A stretch of DNA of 64,000 nucleotides from Squalus acanthias (GCA_030390025.1 CM059449.1:1488001-1552000); one strand, 5' to 3'; positions 10,557 through 24,534 are shown, counted from the stretch's first letter. A program made the numbers and translations. The notes: generated by a model from the letters alone, not told the origin.

Positions 10557-13500
10557 CTTTTTTTTCTCTCCACGGATGCTGCCTGGCCTGCTGAGTTTTT
10601 CCAGCGTTTTCTGTTGTTACCCCAAAACCCTTCACTCCCTTATCTTGCAAAAATTTGTCTATCTCCACCTTAAATGTATTTAATGACCCAGCCTCCACGG
10701 CTCTCGGGGGCAGAGAATTCCACAGATTTACGACCCTCAGAGAGAAGAAATTCCTCCTCATCTCAGTTCTAAAAGGGAGACCCTTTATTCTGAGACTGCG
10801 CCCCCGAGTTCTAGATTTCCCCATGAGGGGAAACATCCTCTCTGCATCTACCCTGTCAAGCCCGCTCAGTATCTTACATGTTTCGATAAGATCCCCTCTC
10901 ATTCTTCTAAATTCCAATGAGTACAGGCCCAGCCTGCTCAACCTTTCCTCATAAGTCAAACCCCTCATCTCTGGAATTAACCTCGTGAATCATCTCTGAA
11001 CTGCCTCCAATGCAAGTATATCCTTCCTTAAATAAGGAGACCAAAACTGTACGCAGTACTCAAGGTGTGGTCTTACCAATACCTTGTACAGTTGTAGCAG
11101 GACTTCCCTGCTTTTATACTCCAACCCCCTTGAAATAAAGGCCAACATTCCATTTGCCTTTTTGATTACTTGCTGTAACTGCATGCAAACTTTATGTGTT
11201 TCATGCACAAGGACCCCCAGGTCCCTCTGAACTGTAGCATTTTGTAATCTCTCTCTATTTAAATAATAGTTTGCTTTTTTATTTTTCCTGCCAAAGTGGA
11301 TAACCTCGCACTTTCCCACATTATACTCCATCTGCCAAATGTTTGCCCACTCAGCCAGCCTGTCTATATCCCTTTGCTGATTCTTTGAGTCCTCTGCACA
11401 ACTTGCTTTCCCTCCCATCTTTGTGTCATCCGCAAACTTGGTTACATTACACTCGATCCCTTCATCCAAGTCATTAATGTAGATTGTAAATAGTTGGGGC
11501 CCCAGCACCGATCCTTGTGGCACCCCACTAGTTACCGTTTGCCAACCAGAAAATGACCCATTTATCCCGACTCTCTGCTTTCTGTTAGTTAGCCAATTCT
11601 CTATCCATGCTAATACATTACCCCCAACTCCGTGAGCTCTTATCTTATGCAGTAACCTTTTATGGGGCACCTTATCGAATGCCTTCTGGAAATCCAAATA
11701 CACCACATCCACTGGCTCACCCTTGTCCACCCTGCTTGTTACATCCTCAAAGAACTCCAGCAAATTTGTTAAACATGATTTCCCTTTCCTAAAACCATGC
11801 TGACTCTGTTTGACTGCAGTATGTTTTTCTAAATGCCCTGCTACTGCTTCCTTAAAGAAGGACTCCAGCATTTTCCCAACGACAGATGTTAGGCTAACTG
11901 GTCTATAGTTTCCTGCTTTCTGTCTCCCTCCTTTCTTAAATAGGGGTGTTACATTAGCGGTTTTCCAATCCGCTGGGACTTCTCCAGAGTCCAGGGAATT
12001 TTGAAATATTGCAACCAATGCATCCACTATCTCTGCAGCCACTTCTTTTAAGACCCTGGGCTGCAGGCCATCTGGTCCAGGGGACTTGTCGTCTTTTAGT
12101 CCCATTATTTTACCGAGTATTATTTCCTTAGTGATAGTGATTGTCTTTAGTTCCCACTCCCTGTGGCCCCTTGATTATCCATTATTGGGATGTTGTTAGT
12201 GTCTTCTACAGTGAAGACAGATGCAAAATATTTGTTCAGAGTCTCTGCCATTTCCCCGTTCCCAATTATTAACTCCCCAGTCTCATCCTCTAAGGGACCA
12301 ACGTTTACTTTAGCTACCCTCTTCCTTTTTATATATCTGTAGAAGTTCTTACTATCTGTTTTAATGTTTCTTGCCAGCTTACTCTCATAATTCATCTTCT
12401 CTCTCTTTATTATTTTTTTAGTCATCCTTTGCTGGTTTTTTTAAAATTTCCCAATCCTCTGGTCTCCCACCAATCTTGGCAACATTGTATGTCTTAGTTT
12501 TCAATTTGATACCATCCTTTACTTCCTTAGTTAGCCACAGATGGTGCTCCCTTCTCTTAAAATCTTTCTTTCTCACTGGAATATATTTTTGTTGAGAGTT
12601 ATGAAATATCTCCTTAAATGTCCGCCACTGCATTTCAACTGTCTTACCCTTTAATTTGTTTTTCCAGTCCACTTTAGCCAGTTGTGCCATTATAATTGCC
12701 TTTGTTTAAGATCAGGACACTGGTTTGAGATACAACTTTCTCACCCTCCAACTGAATTTGAAATTCAACCATGCTATGATCACGCTTTCCTAGAGGAACC
12801 TTTACTATGAGATCATTTATTAATTCTGTCTCATTACATAGTACCAGATCCAAGATAGCCTGCTCCCTGGTTGGTTCCATTACAAACTGTTCTCGGAAAA
12901 CATCCTGGATGCACTCTATGAACTCCTCCTCCAGGCTACCATGGCCAATTTGATTTGTCCAATCAATATGGAGATTAAAATCACCCATGATTATTACCGT
13001 ACCTTTTTTACAGGCCTCCATTATTTGTTGATTTATACTCTGTCCAACAGCATTGCTACTGTTCGGGGGCCTGTAGACTACGCCCACCAGAGACTTTTTC
13101 CCCTTATTATTTTTTATCTCCACCCAAACCGATTCTACATCTTGATCTTCTGAGCCAATATCACTTCTCACCACTGCACTGATCCCATCTTTTACCAACA
13201 AAGCCACCCCACCTCCCTTTCCTTTCTTTCTATCCTTCCGAATTATCATATACCCTGGAATATTCAGTTCCCAGCCCTGGTCGCCTTGCAACCCCGTCTC
13301 TGTAATGGCGATCAGATCATACCCATTTATATCTATTTGAGCCGTCAACTCATTTATCTTGTTATGAATGCTGCGAGCATTCAGATATAGAGCTTTTAAC
13401 TTTGTCTTTTTACCATTTTTCCTTGTTTTGGCCTTTTTTTCCTGTTACACTCTTATTTTTGCCCAGAGACTTTTCGCGGGCTTGTCAGTAGAGATTTCCT

Positions 13501-14989
13501 GTCGACGGGTGTCTGATCCAGTGTGGCGCACTCTACAGGGGATCTGTGGCATCTGTGAGCAGTGCAAGCAGCAGGGAGGCTCTTCAACCAATCAGATTGA
13601 AGAATCCTCCACAAGACACGCAGACTGCAAAGCAGGAAGTAAAAGAACAGGAAATATAAATTATATTTAAATCATTGTATAGGAACAAAATAAAGATTGG
13701 AACATACACACAGGTTTAAGGGAGAGACGCAAGAGAAAGACAGAAACTATTTTTAAAAAAAAATCAGCAACATTAATTTTCTTGAGGGAATGAGACTCTA
13801 CACCTGCAAAATTAAGTTTTCGGGGCTTGAGAGGTTGTTCCGCTGTAATTATCACTTATTATGCTAAACCTCAGATACTCCTGATTGTACAAGCCCTAAA
13901 TTTTTCAGCTGTCTTTAGAGTGAGAATAGTGGGTAATTAGCCTAAGTTCACGCAGATTCCATTGGCGAAGACTGTAACAGCGCAGCCTGTGGAGGAGCAG
14001 GGCATCATTGACAGCAACTTCCGGATTTCTGCATTTAACTGCGCATGTGTGGAAGACAGAGGTTGCTGTCAGTTTTACCCTGTAATAACGGTGAATGCCG
14101 ATAGCCTCGCCGTTCTGAGTACAGCAAAACCCGGGCCAATATCTCCGTTAAGTGGCTCTGTTTCGAGAAACTGTGCAGCAGCGCCATCTATGGACACAGA
14201 CGAGTTTTACAAGAACAGAAATTCCTGGGATTCCTTCTACTGATACAGCAACAGCTGAGTTCTTGTTACTGTAAAACCTCGAAACAAACACCAGCTTTCA
14301 CCGAGAGAACTCCACGGCAACGGCTATTGAGCACTTTCTAAAGTATCCACTAAAGTATAAAGGGAACAGTCCCGATTTTGTTTTATCTTCACAGCAAAAC
14401 TGAATAAAATGCAAGTGAGGGAGAAAAGTGGCAGCACAAATTGGCAGTGGGCAGGGAGAATACTGCCCCAGCATCAAGTGGGAACGGGAGGGAGTGCCAG
14501 TGTTAACTGAGAGGGAAGGAGAAGACCACAGGCTGTGAATTGCTTTTCTGAACTGGGGGAGGTTGGAGGCAGAGAATGAATCTGAAATGTAATCATCATG
14601 ACTGCCAAGGCAGCGGTCATGTTTGGAGATGCCCCATACCTCCAGAAATATGTCTATCAGTATGTAGCGGACAGCATTTGGAGCGTGAGATTTTACACCA
14701 CTGTCAGATGAAGGAACTTTGCCGAAAACTTTAACCTGTCTTTTCTCTTTTCAGATGGTGACAAATGGACTGTGAAATTCCAGCATTGTCGGTTTTGAAA
14801 TGCAGCAATGCTGGAAACGTTATCTTATTGAAAGCATCATAAGCACTCACGTGGAGCTTCTTTTAATTATGCTCACTCAGATTTATTACAATCATCAACT
14901 TCCTTTTTACAGGTGATGCGTATTTGGAGGACATGGCCTCACCCCTCCCCACCTCTAACCACCTTCTGCCCTACAACCCTCGGAGATCT

Positions 14990-15200
14990 GGCCCCGACCT
15001 CCGGGCCAGCCTCCAATCTTCCACCCTCATCAACGAGAACTCATTCAAAACTCTGCTGCCCGTGTCCTAACTCGCCCAGGTTCCGTTCACCCATCATCCC
15101 TGTGCCCACTGACCGACATTGGCTCCGGGTCCAGCAACGCCTTGTCCTCATTTTCAAATTACTCCAAGGTATCTCCCCTCCCTATCTCTGTAACCCCACC
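14990..15200 (+). mobile_element. L2-type LINE ORF2 C-terminal remnant
   Basis: Decayed IQNSAARVLTR / HWLRVQQRL / FKLLQGISPPYLCN, typical of L2 (HWLP...LHGLAPPYL). Confidence 0.7.
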
Positions 15201-15393
15201 CAGCCCTCACCACCCCTCCCCCCAAGCCCAACAACTCTCCCAATATCTAATCTCCTCCAGCCCTACAACCCTCCCTTTCTCTGTAATCTCTTCCAGCCCT
15301 ACAACCCTCCCTAACTCTGCAATCTCTTCCAGCCCTACAACCCTCCCTATCTCTGCAATCTCCTCCAGCCCTACAACCCTCCCTATCTCAGTA
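15176..15393 (+). repeat. 36-bp minisatellite block 1
   Basis: Unit ctctgtaacctcctccagccctacaaccctccctat. Confidence 0.85.
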
Positions 15394-17475
15394 ATAGAGT
15401 CATAGAGTTATACAGCACAGAAAGAGGCCCTTCGGCCCATCGTGTCCGCACCGGCCATCAAGCCCTGTCTATTCTAATCCCATTTTCCAGCACTTGGTCC
15501 GTAGCCTTGTATGCTATGGCGTTTCAAGTGCTCATCTAAATACTTCTTGAATGTTGTGAGGGTGTCTGCCTCTACCATCCTTTCAGGCAGTGAGTTCCAG
15601 ATTCCAACCACCCTCTGGGTGAAAAAGTGTTTCCTCAAATCCCCTCTAAACCTCCTGCCCCTTACCTTGAAACTATGCCCCCTGGTTACTGACCCCTCCA
15701 CTAAGGGGAAAAGTTCCTTTATATCTACCCTATCTATGCCCATCATAACTTTGTACAACTCAATCAGGTCCCCCCTCAGCCTTCTCTGCTCCAAGGAAAA
15801 CAACCCCAGCCTGTCCAGTCTCTCTTCATAGCTGAAGCGCTCCAGCCCAGATAACATCCTAGTGAATCTCCTCTGCGCCCTCTCCAATGCAATCACATCC
15901 TTCCTACAGTGTGGTGACCAGAACTGCACACAGAATTCCAGCTGTGGCCTAACTAGCATTTTGTACAGCTCCATCATAACCTCCCTGCTCTTATATTCTA
16001 TGCCTCGGCTAATGAAGGCAAGTATCCCATATGCCTTTTTAACCACCTTATCTACCTGTCCTGCTGCCTTCAGGGATCTATGTACATGCACACCAAGGTC
16101 CCTCTGATCCTCTGTCCTTCCTAGGATCCTACCAATCATTGTGTATTCCCTTGCCTGGTTAGTCCTCCCAAAATGCATCACCTCACACTTTTCAGGGTTA
16201 AATTCCATTTGCCACTGTTCTGCCCATCTCACCATCCCATCTATATCGTCCTGTAGCCTGAGGCTTCCCTCCTCGCTATTTACCACTCCACCAATTTTCG
16301 TGTCATCTGCGAACTTGCTGATCATACTTCCTACATTCATACCTAAATTATTAATGTACACTACAAACAGCAAAGGACCCAACACCGATCCCTGCGGTAC
16401 ACCACTGGACACAGGCTTCCAGTGACAAAAACAACCTTCGACCATCACCCTCTGCCTCCTGCCACTAAGCCAATTTTGGATCGAATGTGCCAAATTGCCC
16501 TGGATCCCATGGGCTCTTACCTTCTTGACCAGTCTCCCATGTGGGACTTTGTCAAAAGCCTTACTGAAGTCCATGTAGACTACATCAACTGCACTACCCT
16601 CATCCACACACCTAGTCACCCCCTCAAAAAATTCAATCAAATTGGTCAGACATGATCTCCCCCTGACAAAGCCATGCTGACTATCCCTGATTAATCCCTG
16701 CCTCTCCAAGTGGAGACTAATTCTGTCCCTCAGAATTTTTTCCAATAATTTCCCAACCACTGATGTTAGGCTCACTGGCCTGTAATTCCCTGGTTTATCC
16801 CTACTACCCTTCTTGAATAATGGTACTACGTTAGCTGTTCTCCAGAACTATGGCACATCCCCTGTGGCCAGAGAGGTTCTGAAAATTTGTGTCAGAGCCC
16901 CTGCAATCTCCTCCCTTGCCTCACACAGCAGCCTGGGATGCATCCCATCAGGGCCTGGGGATTTATCCACTTTTAAGCCCGCTATAACCCCTTGTACCTC
17001 CTCCCTCTCAATATTAAATTGTTCAAGTATATCACAATGACCCTGCCTGACTTCGATGCTTACATCACCCTTCTCCATAGTGAACAGAGATGCAAAATAT
17101 TCATTTAAAACCTCACCTACATCTTCTGGCTCTACACACAGATTGCCACTTTGGTCCCAAATGGGCCCTACTCTTTCCCTGGTTATCCTCTTGCCCTTAA
17201 CATACTTATAAAACACCTTGGGATTTTCCTTTATTTTGCCCGCCAGTGTTTTTTCATGCCCCCTCTTCGCTCTCCTAATTTCTTTATGCACCCTCCTGCA
17301 CTTTCTGTACTCCTCTAGGGCTTCCACTGTTTTTAGTCCTTTGTATCTGCCAAATGCATTCCTTTTTTACTTATCCATTCTTGTATATCCCATGACATCC
17401 AGGGTTCCCTAGGTTTGTTGGTCCCACCCTTGACCGTTACAGGAACATGATGGCGTTGTACTCTCCCTATTTCCT
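15394..17475 (-). mobile_element. 5'-truncated CR1 LINE inserted in the minisatellite
   Basis: 433-aa RT ORF (YMDFSKAFD, KFADD); tail atagagtcatagag. Confidence 0.95.
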
Positions 17476-19728
17476 TTCTCTGTAACCTCCTCCAGCCCAC
17501 AACCCTCCCTATCTCTGTAACTTAGTCCAGCCGTCGCTTGTCCCTGTAACCTCCTCCAGCCTCTACAACACTCCCTATCTCTGTAAACTCCTCCAGCCCG
17601 ACAATCCTCCCGATCTCTCTAACCTCCTCCAATCCTACAACCCTCACTATCTCTGTAATCTACTCCAACCCTACAATTATCCCTATATCTGTAACCTTCG
17701 CCAGACCAACAATCCTCCGTCTCTATAACCTCCTCCAGCCCTAGAAAACTCCCTATCTCTGTAACCTCCTCCAGCCCTACAACTCTCCCTATCTCTGTAA
17801 CCTACTCCAGCCTAACAACCCTCCCTATCTCTAACCTCCTCCAGCCCCAGAAGCCTCCCAAACCCTAACCCTCCCTATCTCTGTAACCTCTTCCAGGCCT
17901 TCAACACTCCCTCTCTCTGTAACCTCCTCCAGCTCTAAAACCCTCCGCATCTCTGTAACCTCCTCCAGCCCTACAACCTCACTTTCTCTGTAACTGCCTG
18001 CAGCACTACAACCCTCCTCATCTCTGTAACCTTCTCCAGCCCTCGCTCCTCCGTGTCTTTGTAACCTCCTCCAGCCCTACAACCCTCCCTATCTCTGTAA
18101 CCTCCTCCAGCCCTACAACCCTCCCTATCTCTAACCTCCTCCAGCCCTACAACCTTCCCTGTCTCTGTAACCTCCTCCAGCCCTACCACCCTCCCTATCT
18201 CTGTAACCTCCTCCAGCCCTACAACCTTCCCTGTCTCTGTAACCTCCACCAGCCCTACAAGCCTCCCTAACTCTGTACCCTCCACCAGCACTATAACCCT
18301 CCCTATCTCTGTAACCTCCTCCAGCACTACAACACTCCCTATCTCTCTAACGTCCTCCAGCCCTACAATTATCACTATATCTGTAACCTCCTCCAGCCCT
18401 ACAATCCTCCATCTCTATAACCTCCCCCAGCACTAAAAGCCTCCCTATCTCTGTAACCTCCTCCCACCCACAACCCTCCCTCTCAGTATCCTCCACCTGC
18501 CCTACAATCCTCCCTATCTGCGTAACCTCCTCCATCCCTACAACCCTCCCTGTCTGTAACCTCCTCCAGCCCTACTAATCTCCCTGTCTCTCTTACCTCC
18601 TCCAGCCCTGCAACCCTCCCTATCTCTATAACCTCCTCCAGCCCGGCAACCCTCCCTAGCTCTGTAACCTGCTGCAGCCCTACAACACTCCCTATCTCTA
18701 ACCTCCTCCAGTGCTACAACCCTCCGTCTCTGTAACCTTCTCCAGCCCTCATTCCTCCCTGTCTTAGTAACCTCCTCCAGCCCGACAACCCGCTCTATCT
18801 CTGTATCCTCCTCCAGCCCTACAATCCTCCCTGTCTCTGTAACCTCCTTCAGCCCTGGAAGCCTCCCTATCTCTGTAACCTCCTCCAGCCCTACAACCCT
18901 CCCAATCTCTGCAAGCGCCTGCAGCCCTACCACCCTCCCTATCTCTAACCTGCTCCAACCCTACAACCCTCCATAGCTCTGTAACCTCCACCATCCCTAC
19001 AACCCTCCCGGTCTCTGTAACCTCCTCCAGCCCTACCACCCTCCCTATCTCTGTAAACTCCTCAAACCCGACAACACTCCCCATCTCTGTAATCTCCTCC
19101 AGCCCTACAACACTCCCTACCTCTGTAACCTCCTCCAACCCTAACACCCTCACTTTCTCTGTAACCGCCTGCAACCCAACAACCCTCCTTATCTCTGTAA
19201 CTTTCTCCAGCCCTCGCTCCTCCGTCTCTGCAAACTCCTCCAGGCCTACAACACACCCTATCTCTGTAACCTCCTCCAGCCTCTCCAACCCTCCCTATCT
19301 CTGTAACCTCCTCCAGGCCTACAACCCTCCCTATCTCTGTAACATCCTCAAGCCCTACAACCCTCCCTGTCTCTGTAACCGCCTCCAGCCCTACAATCCT
19401 CCGTCACGATAAACTCCTCCAGCCCTAGAAGCCTCGCTATCTCTGTAACCTTCTCCAGCCCTCGCTCCTCCCTGTCTATGTAACCTCCTCCAGCCCTACA
19501 ACCCACCCTATCTCTATAACCTCCTCCAGCCTCGACAACCCTCCCTATCTCTGTAACCTCCTCCAGCCCACTACCCTCCCTATCTCTGTAACTACCTCCA
19601 GCCCGACAACTCTCCCTATCTCTGAACTCCTGCAGACCTACAACCCGCCCTATCTCTAACCTCCTCCATCCCTTCAACCCTCCCTATCTCTGTAACCTTC
19701 TCCAGCCCTAACACCCTCACTTTCTCTG
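17476..19728 (+). repeat. 36-bp minisatellite block 2 (diverged units)
   Basis: Dozens of variants of the same unit. Confidence 0.95.
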
Positions 19729-21047
19729 TGCAGTGGGGAAAGAGTTAAACTGACATCGCTGGCAGTTTCACTGAATGGTGTAAAAAGACAGGGGCTAACA
19801 TGAAAGACCACATCCATAAAGATGTGGTCAAAGATAGCTGACCTTTGGAGAGATATAAAACAATTAAATGTAGACAGGATGTCGAGCATTTCAACTGTCC
19901 ATAAGAACTTTATTACCTCGGTTACATTCCAAGGTATCTTTTAATTAGTATTCAGCAGTTTGAGTGATTGATTGAAGAGGCAGCTTATACATAGAACATA
20001 GAACAGTACAGCACAGTACAGGCCCTTCGGCCCTCGATGTTGTGCCGAGCATTGTCCGAAACCAAGATCAAGCTATCCCACTCCCTATCATTCTGGTGTG
20101 CTCCATGTGCTTATCCAATAACCGCTTGAAAGTTCCTAAAGTGTCCGACTCCACTATCACAGCAGGCAGTCCATTCCACACCCCAACCACTCTCCGAGTA
20201 AAGAATCTACCTCGGACATCCCTTCTATATCTCCCCCCATGCACCTTATAGTTATGCCCCCTTGTAACAGCTACCTCCACCCGAGGAAATAGTCTCTGAA
20301 CATCCACTCTATCTATCCCCCTCAACATCTTATAAACCTCTATTAAGTCGCCTCTCATCCTCCTCCGCCCTAAAGAGAAAAGCCCTAACTCCCTCAATCT
20401 TTCCTCATAAGACCTCCCCCCCAAACCAGGCAGCATCCTGGTAAATCTCCTTTGCACTCTTTCCAATGCTTCCACGTCCTTCCTATAGTGAGGTGACCAG
20501 AACTGCACACAATATTCCAAATGTGGTCTCACCAAGGTCCTGTACAGTTGTAGCATAACCTCACGGTTCTTAAACTCAAACCCCTTGTTAATAAACGCTA
20601 ACACACTATAGGCCTTCTTTACTGCTCTATCCACTTGAGTGGCAACCTTCAGAGATCTGTGGATATAATACCCCAGATCCCTCTGTTCCTCCACGTTCCT
20701 CAGAACCCTGCCGTTGACCCTGTAATCCTTATTCAAATTTGCCCTACCAAAATGAATCACCTCGCACTTATCAGGGTTAAATTCCATCTGCCATTTTTCG
20801 GCCCAGCTCTGCATCCTATCAATGTCTCTTTGCAGCCTACAACAGCCCTCCACCTCATCCACTACTCCACCAATCTTGGTGTCATCAGCAAATTTACTGA
20901 TCCACCCTTCAGTCCCCTCCTCCAAGTCATTGATAAAAATCACAAACAGCAGAGGACCCAGCACCGACCCCTGTGGCACACCGCTGGTAACTGGTCTCCA
21001 GTCCGAAAATGTTCCATCCACCACCACCCTCTGCCTTCTATGAGATA

Positions 21048-21489
21048 TGATGCGGATTCATGACGTGATCCGGACTCGAGTCGTCGCTGGCTTGTTCACA
21101 GATGTGATTCCCAGTAAAAAAGTAAAAATTTTCCCAGTAAAAAAGTAAAAATTTTAAAGCTTTTCGTTTTACATACAGACGGCAGCTTTTGACACGTTAG
21201 AACCCCTGCGACTACACCTCATTGTCTCAGTTGTCTCTTGCTATGTCTTTGATGTGGTACCTTCCTGGCTGACTTGATTAACTTTATCACACCTCGGCAG
21301 ATAGTCAGGATGATTTAATTTAGTGGTCTGCAATTGTAAGGTACACATGCTTTGTTCTCTATCTATATATGCTTTGGCGATTCTGTATCTAATTTACTTC
21401 ACCTGAGGAAGGAGCAATCGATAGCTCCGAAAGCTTGTGATTTCAAATAAAACTGTTGGACTATAACCTGGTGTTGTGCGACCTCTCAA
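21048..21489 (+). mobile_element. 442-bp non-coding Penelope family 1 insertion
   Basis: 12-bp TSD ttctatgagata (21036-21047 and 21490-21501); ends in hammerhead + aataaa + ggactataacctggtgttgtg. Confidence 0.85.
21399..21440 (+). ncRNA. Minimal hammerhead ribozyme (PLE family 1)
   Basis: tcac CTGAGGA aggagc aatcgata gctcc GAAAGCTT gtga. Confidence 0.75.
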
Positions 21490-24400
21490 TTCTATGAGAT
21501 AGCCAGTTACTTATCCAATTGGCCAAATTTCCCTCTATCCCACAACTCCTTACTTTCTTCATGAGCCGACCATGGGGAACCTTATCAAATGCCTTACTAA
21601 AATCCATGTATACGACATCAACTGCTGTACCTTCATCTACACACTTAGTTACCTCCTCAAAGAATTCAATCAAATTTGTTAGGCAAGACTTACCCTTCAC
21701 GAATCCGTGTTGACTATCCCGGATTAAGTTGCATCTTTCCAAATGGTCATAAATCCTATCCCTCAGAACCTTTTCCATTATCTTACCAACCACCGAAGTA
21801 AGACTAACCAGCCTATAATTACCAGGGTCATTCCTATTTCCTTTCTTGAAGAGAGGAACAACATTCGCCACTCTCCAGTCCTCTGGCACCATCCCCGTGG
21901 ACAGTGAGGACCCAAAGATCAAAGCCAAAGGCTCCGCAATCTCCTCCCTTGCCTCCCAAAGAATCCTAGGATATATCCCATCTGGCCCAGGGGACTTATC
22001 GACCCTCAGGTTCTTCAAAATTGCTAAAACATCTTCCCTCAGAACATCTACCTCCTCCAGCCTATCCACCTTTATCACACTCTCATCCTCAAAAACATGG
22101 CCCCTCTCCTCGGTGAACACTGAAGAAAAGTATTCATTCATCACCTCTCCTATCTCTTCTGACTCCATGCACAAGTTCCCACTACTGTCCTTGACCGGCC
22201 CTACCCTCACCCTGGTCATTCTTTTATTTCTCACATAAGAGTAAAAAGCCTTGGGGTTTTCCTTGATCCGACCCGCCAAGGACTTCTCATGCCCCCTCCT
22301 AGCTCTCCTAAGCTCTTTTTTTAGCTCATTCCTTGCTACCTTGTACCCCTCAATCGACCCAACTGAACCTTGTTTTCTCATCCTTACATACGCTTCCTTT
22401 TTCCTCTTGACTAGACATTCAACCTCTTTTGTGAACCATGGTTCTCTCACTCGGCCATTTCCTCCCTGCCTGACAGGGACATACCTATCAAGGACACGCA
22501 GTAATTGCTCCATGAAAAAGCTCCACTTTTCGTTTGTGCCTTTCCCTGATAGTTTCTGTTCCCATCTTATGCTGCCTAATCGCATCATAATTACCCCTCC
22601 CCCAATTATAAACCCTGCCCTACCGTATGGCCCTATCCCTCTCCATTGCAATAGTGAAAGTCACCGAATTGTGGTCACTATCTCCAAAGTGCTCTCCCAC
22701 ATACAAATCAAACACTTGGCCCGGTTCATTACCCAGTACCAAATCCAACGTGGCCCCACCTCTTGTCGGCCTATCCACATATTGTGTCAGGAAACCCTCC
22801 TGCACACACTGTGCAAAAACTATCCCATCCGAACTGTTTGACCTATAAAGGTTCCAATCAATATTTGGAAAGTTGAAGTCACCCATGACAACTACTCTGT
22901 GACCTCCACACCTATTCATAATCTGCTTTGCAATTTCTTCCTCCACATCTTTATTACTATTTGGGGGCCTGTAGAAAACTCCTAACAACGTGACCGCTCC
23001 TTTCCTATTTCTAACTTCAGCCCATATTACCTCAGACGGCAGATCCCCCTCGAACTGCCTTTCTGCCGCTGTTAAACTATCCTTGATTAACAATGCTACT
23101 CCTCCACCTTTCTTACCACCTTCCCTACTCTTACTGAAACATCTATACCCCGGAACTTCCAACAACCATTCCTGTCCCTGTTCTAACCATGTCTCCGTAA
23201 TGGCCACCACATCGTAGTCCCAAGTACCAATCCACGCTCCAAGTTCTCCTACCTTATTCCGGATGCTCCTTGCGTTGAAGTAGACGCACTTCAAGCCATC
23301 TTCCTGTCTGCCGGTACATTCCTGCGACCTTGATACCCTCCTCAGTACCTCCCTACACTCACCACTGGCTCCTGGACTACAGCCCTTTTTCCCATCCCCC
23401 TGACAAATTAGTTTAAACCCCCCCGAAGAGCCGTAGCAAATTTCCCTCCCAGGATATTGGTGCCCCTCTGGTTCAGGTGCAAACCGTCCTGTTTGTACAG
23501 GTCCCACCTTCCCCAGAATGTGCTCCAATTATCCACATAACTGAAACCCTCCCCCCTACACCATCCCTGCAGCCACGTGTTTATCTGCACTCTCTCCCTG
23601 TTCCTCAACTCGCTAGCACGTGGCACCGGCAACAAACCAGAAATTACAACATGGTTTGTACTGGCTCTCAGCTTCCAACCTAGCTCCCTAAATTCCTGTT
23701 TTAAATCCCCGTCCCTTCTCCTACCTATGTCGTTGGTACCGATGTGTACCACGACTTGTGATTGTTCCCCCTCCCCCTTGAGGATTCTGAAAACACGGTC
23801 CGAGACGTCACGGACCCTGGCACCCGGGAGGCAACATACCATCCGTGAGTCTCTTTTGCTGCCACAGAACCTCCTATCTGTCCCTCTGACTATTGAGTCC
23901 CCAATAACTATTGCTCTCCTGCTCTCCCCCCTTCCCTTCTGAGCCACAGGGACAGACTCAGCGCCGGAGATCCGGTCACCGTGGCTTACCACTGGTAGGT
24001 CGTCCCCCTCAACAGTATCCAAAGCGGTATACCTGTTACTGAGGGGAACGACCACAGAGGATCCCTGCACTGACTGCTTCCTCCTAGCCCCTCGCACCGT
24101 CACCCATCTATCTTCATTCTTTGGAGTAATTACATCCCTGAAGCTTTTATCTATGACCTCCTCTGCCTCCCGAATGATCCGAAGTTCATCCTGCTCCAGC
24201 TCCAGTTCCCTAACACGGTTTTCGAGGAGCTGGAGATGGGTGCACTTCCCACAGGTGTAATCAGCAGTTTATATTAAGATTCGTAACCAATCCGTGAAGG
24301 TGCATGCGGGCCAAGATCCAATCAGGAGGCAGGAATGAATTGTGCATGAGATGGCCATGTGTATTGTAATGTATAAAAATGTAGTGTTTGCTGTAACAAT

Positions 24401-24516
24401 TTGGAGAAGTCTGGCTAAGACAGAGCAGACTGTCTCCCCACCGGTGTAATAAAGACAACTTGACTATCGATCTAAAACATTGTGTCGATTGTTGGTTTAA
24501 AATACTCCACAACAAT

Positions 24517-24534
24517 TGGCGTCACGAACAGGAT
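24517..24534 (+). promoter_or_regulatory. Retroviral primer binding site, tRNA-Ser(CGA)-type
   Basis: TGGCGTCACGAACAGGAT, 2 nt after the LTR-terminal CA; complementary to the recalled 3' end of vertebrate tRNA-Ser(CGA) (...ATCCTGTTCGTGACGCCA). Confidence 0.8.

Larger units (their letters stand above)
9365..10619. mobile_element. Penelope-like element family 2 as an inverted (palindromic) insertion
   Basis: GIY-YIG C-terminal ORF on both strands (9778-10011 minus, 10019-10252 plus); 14-bp TSD ccccaaaacccttc at 9351-9364 and 10620-10633. Confidence 0.92.
9241..13460 (-). mobile_element. CR1 LINE, nearly complete ORF2 (APE + RT) with frameshifts
   Basis: AITET, YRPPN, MGDFN, LDLVL endonuclease motifs; YLDFQKAFD, GVPQGS and KFADD RT motifs; tail aagaacataagaaatagg at 9241. 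Confidence 0.95.
9182..14137. mobile_element. Non-autonomous DNA transposon (GGCC-ended TIR, PIF/Harbinger-superfamily-like) with nested CR1 and PLE
   Basis: TIRs ggcccggattttgctg / cagcaaaacccgggcc (15/16 match); flanks att / aat. Confidence 0.65.
19993..24266 (-). mobile_element. Near full-length CR1 LINE (ORF1 with SGNH esterase; ORF2 APE-RT)
   Basis: ORF1: YTCGKC, coiled coil, IGDSIVRG, HIGTNDI, DGLHLN; ORF2: YFNARSIRNK, TETW, GDFN, SDH, KFADD; frameshift near 22640; atagaac tail. Confidence 0.95.
19729..24514 (+). mobile_element. ERV 5' LTR split by a CR1 (parts 19729-19992 and 24267-24514)
   Basis: TG...CA ends, aataaa in the second half; both halves are colinear with the solo LTR at 61557-62298; followed by a PBS. 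Confidence 0.85.

Noticed and set aside
17971-19889. Repeat-protein ORFs (EEVTEIGRVVGL, REGCRAGGGYRD)
   Set aside because: Translations of a 36-bp stop-poor minisatellite with frequent frame breaks.
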